From Pseudomonas aeruginosa PAO1 (GTDB taxonomy: Bacteria > Pseudomonadota > Gammaproteobacteria > Pseudomonadales > Pseudomonadaceae): a stretch of 64,000 bases of DNA. Position numbers and translations under genes: made by a program. This document shows positions 20,126 through 30,567 of the stretch, piece by piece. How positions within the stretch are numbered: position 1 is the stretch's first letter; the number at the start of each line of letters is the position of its first letter. The notes under the pieces are model-generated. The model did no database searches and was not told where the DNA came from. It saw only the letters and a list, made by a program, of their open reading frames with translations. Location: the NCBI RefSeq assembly GCF_000006765.1, contig NC_002516.2; one strand, given 5' to 3'.

Positions 20126-23100
20126 ATGGGTGACCGGCACGACTACGTCGCTCTGGAGTGGGTGAAAGGCGAGATCGCCGAAACCCTGAAACAGGCGCGC
20201 CAGGCGCTGGAAGCGTTCGTCGAGAACCCGCAGGACCCGACCCGCATGCGGTTCTGCCTGACCTACGTGCACCAGGTGCAGGGCACCCTGCAGATGGTCG
20301 AGTTCTACGGCGCGGCCCTGCTCGCCGAGGAAATGGAGCAGTTGGTCCAGGCCTTGCTGGACGGTCGCGTGCCGAACCAGGGCGAGGCCCTGGAAGTGCT
20401 GATGCAGGCGATCCTGCAACTGCCGGTCTACCTCGACCGGATCCAGACCGCCCGGCGCGACCTGCCGATGGTGGTCCTGCCGCTGCTCAACGACCTGCGC
20501 GCCGCGCGCGGCGAGAAGCTGCTCTCGGAAACCAGCCTGTTCGCGCCCGACCTGTCGCAGCGCCAGCCGCAACTGGACGGCGAGGCCATCGCGCAACTGC
20601 GCACCGACGAACTCGGCGGCTTGCTGCGCAAGCTGCGCCAGACCCAGCAGATGGCCCTGGTCGGCCTGCTGCGCAACCAGGACGTGGCCACCAGCCTCGG
20701 CTACCTGGCGCGTGTCTATGCGCGCCTGGAGGGCCTGTGCCGCGAGGCACCGCTGGGGCCGCTGTGGAGCATCGCTTCCGGCCTGGTCGAGGGCCTGGCC
20801 AACGGTAGCGTGGTCAACAGCGCCTCGGTGCGCACCCTGCTGCGCCAGCTCGACCGCGAACTCAAGCGCCTGGTCGAGCAGGGCGCCGACGGCCTGAACC
20901 AGGCCGCGCCGGACGAGCTGGTGAAGAACCTGCTGTTCTACGTGGCCAAGGCGCCTTCGCAGTCGCCGCGGATCCGCGCTCTGAAGGAACAGTACCGCCT
21001 CGACGAGGCGCTGCCCGACCACGAGACGGTGGACGCCGAGCGCGCCCGCCTCGCCGGGCCCGACCGCGACGCGATGCGTTCGGTGGTCGGTGCCTTGTGC
21101 GAGGAACTGGTGCGGATCAAGGACAGCCTCGACCTGTTCGTGCGCAGCGACCGTGGCCACCCCTCGGAACTGGACGCCCTCCTGGCGCCGCTCAAGCAGA
21201 TCGCCGATACCCTGGCGGTACTCGGCTTCGGCCAACCGCGCAAGGTCATCCTCGACCAGTTGGACGTCATCCACGCCCTGGCCCAGGGCCGCCGCGAGCC
21301 GAGCGACGCGATCCTGATGGACGTCGCCGGCGCGTTGCTCTACGTCGAGGCCACCCTGGCCGGCATGGCCGGTCCCGGCGACGAGCGCAACAGCGAGGAA
21401 AGCCGCCTGCCCACCACCGATGTGGCGCAGATCCACCAGTTGGTGATCAAGGAAGCGCGCAACGGTCTGGAGCAGGCCAAGGACGCGATCATCGAGTTCA
21501 TCGCCTCGCAGTGGAACCACGAGCACCTGGCCCGCGTGCCGGAGCTGCTGACCCAGGTCCGCGGCGGCCTGGCGATGATCCCGCTGGAGCGCGCCGCGAC
21601 CCTGCTGGAAACCTGCAACCGCTATATCCAGGAACAGCTGCTGGCGCGCAAGGCGGTGCCGGACTGGCAGAGCCTGGATACCCTGGCCGATGCCATCACC
21701 AGCGTCGAGTATTACCTGGAGCGCCTGAGCGAGGACCATGCCAGCCAGAGCGACCTGATCCTCGACGTCGCCGAGGACAGCCTGGCGAACCTCGGCTATA
21801 CGCTGAAACCGAATTCGTCGGCCCCGGCCGAGCCTGGCCTGTCCGGGCCCGCTGCCATCGAGTCCCCGGCTGCCGAGCCGGAGAGGCCGGAGGCGGTCGT
21901 CGAGGTCGCCGAGACAGCGGAGCAACCGCCCGCCGACACGGCTCCTGCCGAGGCCGCGAGGGAAGATGCCCCGCAGCTGGCCAGCGACGACAACTGGACC
22001 CTTGGCGAAGTCGCGCCCGACGCCGGCGAGCCGTCCCTCGACCTGGCCCTGGACCTGCCGCTGGACGATTCCGCCGAAGTGCCGCCGGCGTTGCCGGAGG
22101 TGGTCGAGGAGAGCGGCCAGCCGCAGTCGACCTCGGCGCCTGCCCGCAGCCTGGACGATTTCAGCCTCGACGAGATCGATCTCTCCGGCCTCGACCTGCC
22201 CGCCGATGCGGCCCCGGCCTCCGGGCCGGCGGCCCTGGCGGACTGGTCGCTGCCGGAGCAGTGGGGGCTCGGCGATGACCTGGCGCAGCCGGCGCAGGCC
22301 GGCGAGACGTTGGATCTGAGCCTGGAGGAGCCGGCGCTGTCCTTCGACGCGCCGCTGGAAAGCCTCGAGCCGTTGCCGGCGCTGGAGCCTTTCGACGGCT
22401 CCGCTGAACAGGAGCTGGTTCTCGATGCGCTCGATCCGCTGCCGCTGGATGTAGCCTTGCCGGAGGCGGAGGGCGAGGTGTCCGCCTGGGAGGGCTCGAG
22501 CCTGGAGGAACTGGATCTTTCCGACCTCGATCTCCCCGAGGTGCAATTGCCCGAGGCTGAGGCCGAGGCGCCGCCTGCCGCCGAGGCGCTCGCCAGCGAA
22601 GCGCCGGCCCTGTCTCTGGCCGAGGTGATGGCTGCGCCGGTGCAGCCGATCAACCCGCCGGCGCAGAACGTTCCGGTCAGCCTGCTGCCACCGCCGGCCG
22701 ACGAGGAACCGGTGGACGAGGAACTGCGCGAGGTCTTCATCGAGGAGGCCGGCGAGGTCCTGGAGACCATCGGCCGCTACCTGCCGGCCTGGAAAGCCGA
22801 CCACGACGACCGCGAAGCGCTGACCGAGGTACGCCGTGCCTTCCATACCCTCAAGGGTAGCGGACGGATGGTCCGTGCCCTGGTGATCGGCGAACTGGCC
22901 TGGTCGATAGAGAACCTGTTCAACCGCGTGCTCGATCGCAGCATCGCCGCCAGCGAGCCGGTGCAGCGAGTGGTGGACCAGGTCGTGGCCCTGTTGCCGG
23001 AGCTGGTCGAGGAGTTCGCCGCCAATGCCCAGCGCCAGCGCGACGATGTCGACCTGCTGGCGGCCACCGCGCATGCCCTGGCCAAGGGCGAGCCGCTGCC

Positions 23101-26100
23101 GGAACCGCCGGCGCCGGACGACGGCGGAGTACCGCCGGAAGCCGGGGCGGAGCAGCCGTCGAGCCTGGACAACGGCGTCCAGGCGCCGCCATTGGCCGAC
23201 GCGCCGCAGGCCGCTGCCGAGGCGCAGAGCGACGTCGAACTGCTCGATCCGCAACTGCTGGAGATCTTCACCAACGAGGCGGAAACCCATCTCGAGGCCC
23301 TGGTCGGCTTCCTCGCCGACTGCGCCCGCGAACTGCCACAGCCGGTCACCGATGCCTTGCAGCGTGCCCTGCATACCCTCAAGGGCAGCGCACACATGGC
23401 CGGCATCCTGCCGATCGCGGAGATCGCCACGCCGCTGGAAAAACTGGTCAAGGAATACAAGTCCAACCTGCTCGCCTTCGACCTGCGCGAAGCGGAGTTG
23501 CTGCACGACGCCGAGCAACTGTTCCGCATCGGCCTGGAACAGGTCGGCGCGCAACGGCCATTGAACCCGATCCCCGGCAGCGACGCGTTGCTGGAGCGTA
23601 TCGAGGCACTGCACCAGGAGCGCATCGCCTCGCTCGAGGCCGAGCGCTACAGCGATGCCGGCGAGCGCCGCGATCCGTTGCTGATCGAGGCGTTCCTCGT
23701 CGAAGGCATGGACATCCTGCTGGACGCCGAGGACCTGCTCGAGCGCTGGCACGAGCATCCGCAGGAGCGCCAGGAACTGAGTGCGCTGCGCGAGGAGCTC
23801 AGCACTCTGGACCGGGGCGCCCGGCATGCCGAGCTGCCACAGGTGGAAGAACTCTGCCAGGCCTTGCTGGCGCTCTACGATGCCGTCGAGGAAGGCCGCC
23901 TGGCGGTCAGCCCGGCGTTCTTCGAGGAAGCCCGCCAGGCCCACGAGGCGCTGATCGGGATGATGGACCAGGTCGCCGCCGGCCTGCAGGTCACGCCGCG
24001 TCCGGAGCGGGTCGCGGCCCTGCAGGAGCTGTTGGAAGCGCCCGCCGCCGAGGCCGTTCCGTTCATCGACCCGGAGAGCCTCGGCGCCGACGATTTCCCC
24101 CCGGAAGACGAAGAACCGGCCCTCCCCGAGGCGGTCTACGAAGAGGCCGGGGCGCCTGCCGAGGAGACCGTACCGGCAGCGCCTGCACCGGCTCCCGGCC
24201 GCGAGCTGGACGAGGAAATGGTGTCGATCTTCCTCGAAGAGGCGGTGGACATCCTCGAAAGCGCCGGCCAGGCACTGGCCCAATGGCAGGCCGAGCCGGG
24301 CGCGCTGTCTTCGCTCAGCGCCCTGCAGCGCGACCTGCATACCCTCAAGGGCGGCGCACGGATGGCCGAGATCGCCGAGATCGGCGACCTGGCCCACGAG
24401 CTGGAGGCCCTCTACGAAGGACTGGTCGACCGCCGTTACCAGCACTCCCCGCAACTGGCCGGATTGCTGCAAGCCTGTCACGACCGCCTGGCCGAACAGC
24501 TCGACCAGTTGAGCGCCGGCCAGCCCCTGGCCGACCCGCACGACCTTATCCAGTCGATCCGCCGGTTCCGCCAGGGCCCGGTGGCCGAGGCCGCGACACC
24601 GGGCGAGGCGGAAAGCCCTGTCGAGGAACTCGTTGCACCTGCCGTCGAGGAGCCCGCCGCGCCTGCTGCGGAGGCGTTCGAAGAGCGCGATCCCGAACTG
24701 GTGGAGATCTTCCTCGAGGAAGGCTTCGATATCCTCGACAGCGCTGCCGCCGCGTTGCAGCGCTGGATGGACGACGTCGACAACACCATCGAACTGGAAG
24801 CCTTGCAGCGCGACCTGCATACCCTCAAGGGCGGTGCGCGGATGGCCGAGATCGGCGAGATCGGCGACCTCGCCCATGAGCTTGAATTCCTCTACGAAGG
24901 CCTCTGCGGTGGACGCCTGCGCGCCAGCCCGGCCTTGTTCGGCCTGCTGCAGCGCTGCCACGACGAGCTGGCCGAGATGCTCGAGGCGGTGCGTGGCCAC
25001 CGCACGCTGCCCGACGGGCAGGCGCTGATCGCGGAGATCAGGCGCCTGCGCAGCGATCCCGACGAGCAACTGAGCGTACCCACCAGCGTCAGCCTCAAGC
25101 CGCTGGCGGCGAAGGGCGCGGCGGCCGACGAGAGCGAGATCCTCGACATCTTCCTCGAGGAAGCCGACGACCTGCTGGAGAACCTCGAACTGGCGCTCGG
25201 CCGCTGGGACGGCGGCAACGGCGACGCCCAGCCGCTGGACGACCTGCTGCGGATCCTGCACACCCTCAAGGGCGGTGCGCGCCTGGCCGGACAGACCGAG
25301 CTGGGCAACCTGGCCCACGACCTCGAGCAGCATCTCACCGATGCGCAGCAACAGGGCGCGCCGTGGCCGGACAGCCTGCTGCTGGATGCGCAGTCGGGGC
25401 TGGAGGGCCTGCAGCGGCAGGTCGACCTGTTGCGCGAGCGGCTGGCCGAGGACGACGAGGCCGGTGAGCGGCCCGAGCCCGCCCAGGCGCTGGTCCAGGC
25501 CGACGATACCGACCGCGCGGTGGCCTCCGCGCTGGCAGAGCTGACCCGCCTGGCCCCGGCGGCCGGCGCGATCATGGCGGCCGAGGCGGCGCCTCCGGCC
25601 GCCCCGGCCACCACCCTGCCGTTCGTGCGCAAGGCCCAGGAGGCGGCCCAGGAGGCCGCTTCCCGACGTGCCCCGCAGGAGCTGGTGAAGGTGCCGGCGG
25701 AACTGCTGGAGAACCTGGTCAACCTGGCGGGCGAGACCTCGATCTTCCGCGGCCGAGTCGAGCAGCAGGTGAGCGACGTCGGCTTCACCCTCGGCGAGAT
25801 GGAGTCCACCATCGAGCGGGTGCGCGACCAGTTGCGCCGCCTCGACACCGAGACCCAGGCGCAGATCCTCTCGCGTCACCAGGCCGATGCCGAACGCGCC
25901 GGCTACGAAGAATTCGACCCGCTGGAAATGGACCGCTATTCGCAGTTGCAGCAGCTCTCGCGCGCACTCTTCGAATCGGCCTCCGACCTTCTCGACCTGA
26001 AGGAAACCCTGGCGGCGAAGAACCGTGACGCGGAGACCCTGCTGCTGCAACAGGCGCGGGTCAACACCGAACTCCAGGAAGGCCTGATGCGCACCCGCAT

Positions 26101-27544
26101 GGTGCCGTTCGATCGGCTGGTACCGCGTTTGCGGCGGATCGTCCGGCAGGTGGCCGGCGAGCTTGGCAAGCAGGTCGAATTCGTGGTCGGCAACGCCGAC
26201 GGCGAGATGGATCGTACCGTCCTCGAACGCATCGTCGCGCCGCTGGAGCACATGCTGCGCAACGCCGTGGACCACGGCATCGAGTCCGGCGAGACGCGCC
26301 GCGCGGCGGGCAAGCCGGAGCACGGTACGATCCGCCTGAACATCGGCCGCGAGGGCGGCGACATCCTCCTCACCCTCTCCGACGACGGCGCCGGCATCCG
26401 CCTCGACGCGGTACGGCGCAAGGCCATCGAGCGTGGCCTGATGAGCGCCGACAGCGACCTCAGCGATCATGAAGTGCTGCAGTTCGTGCTCGAGTCCGGT
26501 TTCTCCACCGCCGAAAAGGTCACCCAGATCTCCGGGCGCGGCGTCGGCCTCGACGTGGCCAACTCCGAGGTCAAGCAGCTCGGCGGCTCGGTGAGCATCC
26601 AGACCGAGCCGGGCCAGGGCACCCGCTTCAACGTGCGGCTGCCGTTCACCGTGTCGGTGAACCGGGCGCTGATGGTGCTATCCGGCGAGGATCTCTACGC
26701 GGTGCCGCTGAACACCATCGAGGGCATCGTGCGGGTTTCGCCCTACGAACTGGAGGCGCTCTACGACCAGCGCGGCGAGGCGGGGCTGGATACGCCCAGC
26801 TTCGAATACGCCGGGCAGTCCTACGAACTGAAGTACCTCGGCGAGCTGCTGAACAACGGCCAGGAACCCAAGCTGGTCGGCCAGTCGCTGCCCTTGCCGG
26901 TGATCCTGGTGCGCTCCTCGGAGCATGCGGTGGCGGTGCAGGTCGACTCGCTGGCCGGTTCCCGCGAGATCGTGGTGAAGAGCCTCGGTCCGCAGTTCGC
27001 CGGGGTCGCCGGGATTTCCGGGGCGACCCTGCTCGGCGATGGCCGGGTGGTGGTGATCCTCGACCTGCTGGCGACCATCCGCTCCCGGCACGCGCTGCTC
27101 GGCCAGGAAAGCCGTCGCGAACGCCTGGCGCTGCGCCAGGAAATGGCGGCGAGCGAAAGCGAGCAGCAGCGGCCGCCGCTGGTCATGGTGGTGGACGACT
27201 CGGTCACCGTGCGCAAGGTCACCACCCGCCTGCTGGAGCGCAACGGCATGAACGTGCTGACCGCGAAGGACGGCGTGGACGCCATCGCCCAGCTCCAGGA
27301 GCATCGTCCGGACATCCTCCTGCTGGACATCGAGATGCCGCGCATGGACGGTTTCGAGGTCGCCACCCTGGTGCGTCACGACGAACGCCTGGGCAACCTG
27401 CCGATCATCATGATCACCTCGCGGACCGGCGAGAAACACCGCGAGCGCGCGCTGGGCATCGGCGTCAACCAGTACCTCGGCAAGCCTTACCAGGAAACCG
27501 AGCTGCTCGAAGCCATCCAGTCCCTGGTCGGCCAGCATGAGTGA
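20126..27544 (+). CDS. chpA: CheA-like hybrid histidine kinase ChpA (multiple Hpt domains, HATPase, CheW, receiver)
   Basis: Five HTLKG Hpt motifs plus degenerate N-terminal Hpt-like repeats, an acidic linker, [13 protein letters not shown] box, [10 protein letters not shown]2 box, a CheW domain and C-terminal receiver [14 protein letters not shown]; 2472 aa (an in-frame ATG at 20111 is also possible). Confidence 0.98.
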   Translation: MGDRHDYVALEWVKGEIAETLKQARQALEAFVENPQDPTRMRFCLTYVHQVQGTLQMVEFYGAALLAEEMEQLVQALLDGRVPNQGEALEVLMQAILQLPVYLDRIQTARRDLPMVVLPLLNDLRAARGEKLLSETSLFAPDLSQRQPQLDGEAIAQLRTDELGGLLRKLRQTQQMALVGLLRNQDVATSLGYLARVYARLEGLCREAPLGPLWSIASGLVEGLANGSVVNSASVRTLLRQLDRELKRLVEQGADGLNQAAPDELVKNLLFYVAKAPSQSPRIRALKEQYRLDEALPDHETVDAERARLAGPDRDAMRSVVGALCEELVRIKDSLDLFVRSDRGHPSELDALLAPLKQIADTLAVLGFGQPRKVILDQLDVIHALAQGRREPSDAILMDVAGALLYVEATLAGMAGPGDERNSEESRLPTTDVAQIHQLVIKEARNGLEQAKDAIIEFIASQWNHEHLARVPELLTQVRGGLAMIPLERAATLLETCNRYIQEQLLARKAVPDWQSLDTLADAITSVEYYLERLSEDHASQSDLILDVAEDSLANLGYTLKPNSSAPAEPGLSGPAAIESPAAEPERPEAVVEVAETAEQPPADTAPAEAAREDAPQLASDDNWTLGEVAPDAGEPSLDLALDLPLDDSAEVPPALPEVVEESGQPQSTSAPARSLDDFSLDEIDLSGLDLPADAAPASGPAALADWSLPEQWGLGDDLAQPAQAGETLDLSLEEPALSFDAPLESLEPLPALEPFDGSAEQELVLDALDPLPLDVALPEAEGEVSAWEGSSLEELDLSDLDLPEVQLPEAEAEAPPAAEALASEAPALSLAEVMAAPVQPINPPAQNVPVSLLPPPADEEPVDEELREVFIEEAGEVLETIGRYLPAWKADHDDREALTEVRRAFHTLKGSGRMVRALVIGELAWSIENLFNRVLDRSIAASEPVQRVVDQVVALLPELVEEFAANAQRQRDDVDLLAATAHALAKGEPLPEPPAPDDGGVPPEAGAEQPSSLDNGVQAPPLADAPQAAAEAQSDVELLDPQLLEIFTNEAETHLEALVGFLADCARELPQPVTDALQRALHTLKGSAHMAGILPIAEIATPLEKLVKEYKSNLLAFDLREAELLHDAEQLFRIGLEQVGAQRPLNPIPGSDALLERIEALHQERIASLEAERYSDAGERRDPLLIEAFLVEGMDILLDAEDLLERWHEHPQERQELSALREELSTLDRGARHAELPQVEELCQALLALYDAVEEGRLAVSPAFFEEARQAHEALIGMMDQVAAGLQVTPRPERVAALQELLEAPAAEAVPFIDPESLGADDFPPEDEEPALPEAVYEEAGAPAEETVPAAPAPAPGRELDEEMVSIFLEEAVDILESAGQALAQWQAEPGALSSLSALQRDLHTLKGGARMAEIAEIGDLAHELEALYEGLVDRRYQHSPQLAGLLQACHDRLAEQLDQLSAGQPLADPHDLIQSIRRFRQGPVAEAATPGEAESPVEELVAPAVEEPAAPAAEAFEERDPELVEIFLEEGFDILDSAAAALQRWMDDVDNTIELEALQRDLHTLKGGARMAEIGEIGDLAHELEFLYEGLCGGRLRASPALFGLLQRCHDELAEMLEAVRGHRTLPDGQALIAEIRRLRSDPDEQLSVPTSVSLKPLAAKGAAADESEILDIFLEEADDLLENLELALGRWDGGNGDAQPLDDLLRILHTLKGGARLAGQTELGNLAHDLEQHLTDAQQQGAPWPDSLLLDAQSGLEGLQRQVDLLRERLAEDDEAGERPEPAQALVQADDTDRAVASALAELTRLAPAAGAIMAAEAAPPAAPATTLPFVRKAQEAAQEAASRRAPQELVKVPAELLENLVNLAGETSIFRGRVEQQVSDVGFTLGEMESTIERVRDQLRRLDTETQAQILSRHQADAERAGYEEFDPLEMDRYSQLQQLSRALFESASDLLDLKETLAAKNRDAETLLLQQARVNTELQEGLMRTRMVPFDRLVPRLRRIVRQVAGELGKQVEFVVGNADGEMDRTVLERIVAPLEHMLRNAVDHGIESGETRRAAGKPEHGTIRLNIGREGGDILLTLSDDGAGIRLDAVRRKAIERGLMSADSDLSDHEVLQFVLESGFSTAEKVTQISGRGVGLDVANSEVKQLGGSVSIQTEPGQGTRFNVRLPFTVSVNRALMVLSGEDLYAVPLNTIEGIVRVSPYELEALYDQRGEAGLDTPSFEYAGQSYELKYLGELLNNGQEPKLVGQSLPLPVILVRSSEHAVAVQVDSLAGSREIVVKSLGPQFAGVAGISGATLLGDGRVVVILDLLATIRSRHALLGQESRRERLALRQEMAASESEQQRPPLVMVVDDSVTVRKVTTRLLERNGMNVLTAKDGVDAIAQLQEHRPDILLLDIEMPRMDGFEVATLVRHDERLGNLPIIMITSRTGEKHRERALGIGVNQYLGKPYQETELLEAIQSLVGQHE

Positions 27545-28568
27545 GCGCGTCACGCCACGGGTTGCGGTGATCGCCGACACCTCGTTGCAGCGCCACGTGT
27601 TGCAACAGGCGCTGCTCGGCCATGGCTACGAGGTGGTGCTCAACGCCGACCCGGCCAGGGTCGACGACGCCGCGCTGGAGTGCGCGCCCGACCTGTGGCT
27701 GGTGGACCTGACCCAGCAGGACGACTCGCCGCTGCTGGACAGCCTGCTGGAGCAGGACCGTGCGCCGGTGCTGTTCGGCGAGGGCCACGCGCCGGAGCGG
27801 CATACCGAACATTACCCGCGCTGGGAGCGGCGGCTGATCGGCAAGCTGAAGCGCTTGATCGGCGACCCCAGCGATGGCGTTGGCGACAGCCTCGGTGCAT
27901 TGCTCGACGAGGAGCGTCCGCCGCGCCTGGAGATTCCCGGCGACCTCGCGGCGATGCCGCTGCAGGCCGGCGAAGCGGCCCGCGAGGTGTGGCTGCTGGC
28001 GGCCTCGCTCGGCGGCCCGGCGGCGGTGAAGGCATTTCTCGACGCCTTGCCCGGCGGCCTGCCGATCGGCTTCCTCTATGCCCAGCACATCGATGCCAGC
28101 TTCGAGCAGAACCTGCCGCAGGCAGTCGGCCGGCACAGCCAGTGGCATGTGAAGAACGTCCGCGACGGTGAAGCGCTGCGTTGCGGCGAGGTCATGGTGG
28201 TGCCGGTGCTGCACGAGCTCGGTTTCCACCACGACGGGCGACTGAAATGCAGCCAGCGTTCCTGGCCGGAACCCTACACCCCGTCCATCGACCAGATGAT
28301 GCTCAACCTGGCCCAGCAGTTCGGCCCCGACTGCGGGGTGATCGTTTTCAGCGGCATGGGTAGCGACGGCAGCGCCGCTGCCGCCTACGTGCGGCGCCAG
28401 GGTGGCGAGGTATGGACCCAGCGCGCCGACAGTTGCGTCTGTTCGAGCATGCCGGACAGCTTGCGCGAAGCCGGTTACAGCAGTTTCAATGCCAGCCCCC
28501 GCGAACTGGCCGAGGCATTGGTCAAGCATCTGGCCGCACGCTGCGCGCCGACAGGAGTCGAAACATGA
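27537..28568 (+). CDS. chpB: CheB-like methylesterase ChpB
   Basis: LAASLGGP, YAQHID, PYTPSIDQ, FSGMGSDG, SSMP CheB catalytic-domain motifs. Confidence 0.95.
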   Translation: MSERVTPRVAVIADTSLQRHVLQQALLGHGYEVVLNADPARVDDAALECAPDLWLVDLTQQDDSPLLDSLLEQDRAPVLFGEGHAPERHTEHYPRWERRLIGKLKRLIGDPSDGVGDSLGALLDEERPPRLEIPGDLAAMPLQAGEAAREVWLLAASLGGPAAVKAFLDALPGGLPIGFLYAQHIDASFEQNLPQAVGRHSQWHVKNVRDGEALRCGEVMVVPVLHELGFHHDGRLKCSQRSWPEPYTPSIDQMMLNLAQQFGPDCGVIVFSGMGSDGSAAAAYVRRQGGEVWTQRADSCVCSSMPDSLREAGYSSFNASPRELAEALVKHLAARCAPTGVET

Positions 28569-29071
28569 ACCAGGCCGTGATCGAGCAGGATGGCATGAGC
28601 CGGAACACCCCAGCCAACCCGACCCCGGACAGCCTCACCGGGCTGCTCCTGCCGCTGAGCGACCGCACCCTGCTGTTGCCCAACGTCGCCGTGGCCGAAC
28701 TGATCGCCTATCGCAACCCACAGGTCGCCGCCGGCCTGCCGCAGTGGTACCTGGGCCAGGTGGCCTGGCGCGACCTGCGCCTGCCGCTGCTGTCCTTCGA
28801 GGCGGCCTCCAGCGGCGAACAGCAGCCGGTACTCGGCAGCAGCGCGCGGGTGGTGGTCATCAACGCCCTCGGCGGACGTCCCCATGTGAAATTCCTCGCC
28901 CTGCTGGTGCAGGGCATTCCGCGCTCGGTGCGGCTGGACGCCAATCTCGCGGGCACCGCCGCGCCGCTGGTGGCGCTGGAACTGGCGGCGGTGGACATCG
29001 GCGGCGAAACCGCGCGGATTCCGGACCTGGCCGGGCTCGAAGAGAAGCTCGCCGACGCCGGCCTGATCTGA
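28565..29071 (+). CDS. chpC: CheW-like adaptor ChpC
   Basis: ATGA overlap with the chpB stop; LLLPNVAVAELI, WYLGQVAWRDLRLPLLSFE; 168 aa. Confidence 0.93.
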   Translation: MNQAVIEQDGMSRNTPANPTPDSLTGLLLPLSDRTLLLPNVAVAELIAYRNPQVAAGLPQWYLGQVAWRDLRLPLLSFEAASSGEQQPVLGSSARVVVINALGGRPHVKFLALLVQGIPRSVRLDANLAGTAAPLVALELAAVDIGGETARIPDLAGLEEKLADAGLI

Positions 29072-29078
29072 GCCGTCC

Positions 29079-29873
29079 ATGGCCGGCCTGCAGCACGCGC
29101 GGATCGGCGCCTCCCTCGAGGTCGCCAGCGCCAGCCTGGCCGGGCACCGCTTCGAGAAGCACAGCCACGACGAGTTCGTCATCAGCGCCAACCTCTGCGG
29201 ATTGGAAGATGTCTGGCTGGATGGCCGTACCTTCCAGGCCGACAGCGGCGACCTGACCCTCTACAACCCGGGGCAGATCCAGGGCGGCGGCGTCCGCGAC
29301 GGCCAGCCCTGGCGCTTCGCCAGCCTCTATCTGCCTGCCGCCGAACTGGCGAGCAGCCTGGATCTTTCCTCCGTCGAGTTCGACCGCCCGCTGCTGCGCA
29401 GTCCGGCGCTGGGCCGCGAGTTGGCCGCCAGCATCGAAGCCTTGCTGGCCAGCGACCGCTTCGCCCGCGAACGGGGCGAGGAGCGCCTGCTGGAGTTCCT
29501 CGGCCGCCTGCTGGCGGCGAGCGGCACCCGCCTGCCGCAGAGGGCCGATCCTGGGCGCCCGGCTGTCGCCCGCCTGCAGGCGCTGCTCGCCGAGCGCCTG
29601 GCCGAGCCGCCGGACCTGGATGGGATGGCGGAGCAGGTGGGCCTGTCGAAATACCACCTGCTGCGGGCGTTCAAGAAGGCCACCGGGCTCAGCCCGCGCC
29701 AGTGGAGCATGCAACTGCGCACCCGCCGCGCCCTCGGCCTGTTGCGCCGTGGCCTGGCGGTGGGCGAGGTGGCCCACGCCCTGGGCTTCGCCGACCAGAG
29801 CCACCTGACCCGTTACTTCACCAGCGCCTACGGCATTTCGCCGGGCCGCTACCAGCGCGCCGTGCGCGGCTGA
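29079..29873 (+). CDS. chpD: AraC family transcriptional regulator ChpD
   Basis: N-terminal cupin (FEKHSHDEF..LYNPGQIQGG), C-terminal double HTH (LSKYHLLRAFKKATGLSP..VAHALGFADQSHLTRYF..YGISPGRY). Confidence 0.93.
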   Translation: MAGLQHARIGASLEVASASLAGHRFEKHSHDEFVISANLCGLEDVWLDGRTFQADSGDLTLYNPGQIQGGGVRDGQPWRFASLYLPAAELASSLDLSSVEFDRPLLRSPALGRELAASIEALLASDRFARERGEERLLEFLGRLLAASGTRLPQRADPGRPAVARLQALLAERLAEPPDLDGMAEQVGLSKYHLLRAFKKATGLSPRQWSMQLRTRRALGLLRRGLAVGEVAHALGFADQSHLTRYFTSAYGISPGRYQRAVRG

Positions 29874-29948
29874 ACTGCGCAATCCGGTTCAAGTCGGCGG
29901 AGCCGCCGGCCGGGATAATCCGACGTCCCACCACGGAGTCGTCGTTCC

Positions 29949-30560
29949 ATGCTCGCCATCTTCCTCGCCGCTTTGCTGTTCGGTTTCGCCTTCAATGTTT
30001 CCCCTGGCGCGGTGTTCAGCGAAACGCTGCGCCGCGGTTTGACCGGCGGCTTCCGCCCGGCGTTGCTGGTGCAACTGGGGTCGCTGATCGGCGATGCCGT
30101 CTGGGCCCTGCTCGGGCTCACCGGGCTGGCGCTGCTGCTGGGCTACGAGCAGGTGCGGATTCCCCTGACCCTGGCCTGTGCCGCCTACCTGGCCTGGCTC
30201 GGCGTGCAAGGCTTGCGCGACGCCTGGAGTCCGCCGCTGGCGGCGGAGGATGCCGGCGAGCAGGGGCGCAACGCCTTCGGCGCCGGCGCGGCGATCTCCC
30301 TGTCCAATCCGAAGAACGTGGTCTACTGGGGGGCCCTCGGCAGCGCCCTGGCGGGGATCGTCGACGGCACGCCGAACCAGGCGCAGTCGCTGGTGTTCTT
30401 CGCCGGTTTCATGCTCTCGTCGCTGATCTGGTGCTTTTGCTGCGCGGCGCTGGTGGACTGGCTGCGGCGCAACACCTCGCTGTTCTGGCACCGCGTCAGC
30501 TACGCCGGTTGCGGCGTGCTCCTGCTCGGCCTGGCGGGACTGGCGCTGCGCGGGCTGTAG
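29949..30560 (+). CDS. chpE: LysE family translocator ChpE
   Basis: FNVSPGAVF..RRG, GSLIGDAVW, ISLSNPKNVVYW LysE signatures; 203 aa, hydrophobic. Confidence 0.9.
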   Translation: MLAIFLAALLFGFAFNVSPGAVFSETLRRGLTGGFRPALLVQLGSLIGDAVWALLGLTGLALLLGYEQVRIPLTLACAAYLAWLGVQGLRDAWSPPLAAEDAGEQGRNAFGAGAAISLSNPKNVVYWGALGSALAGIVDGTPNQAQSLVFFAGFMLSSLIWCFCCAALVDWLRRNTSLFWHRVSYAGCGVLLLGLAGLALRGL

Positions 30561-30567
30561 ACGCGCC

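Noticed and set aside
19937-26470. 2177-aa ORF antisense to chpA (similar antisense ORFs over pilJ 17052-19235, mexB 39539-42328, pilU, bioA, dht)
   Set aside because: These are shadow ORFs: in high-GC3 genes the reverse-complement frame has few stop codons. They show no domain motifs or RBS and lie entirely over well-supported genes.
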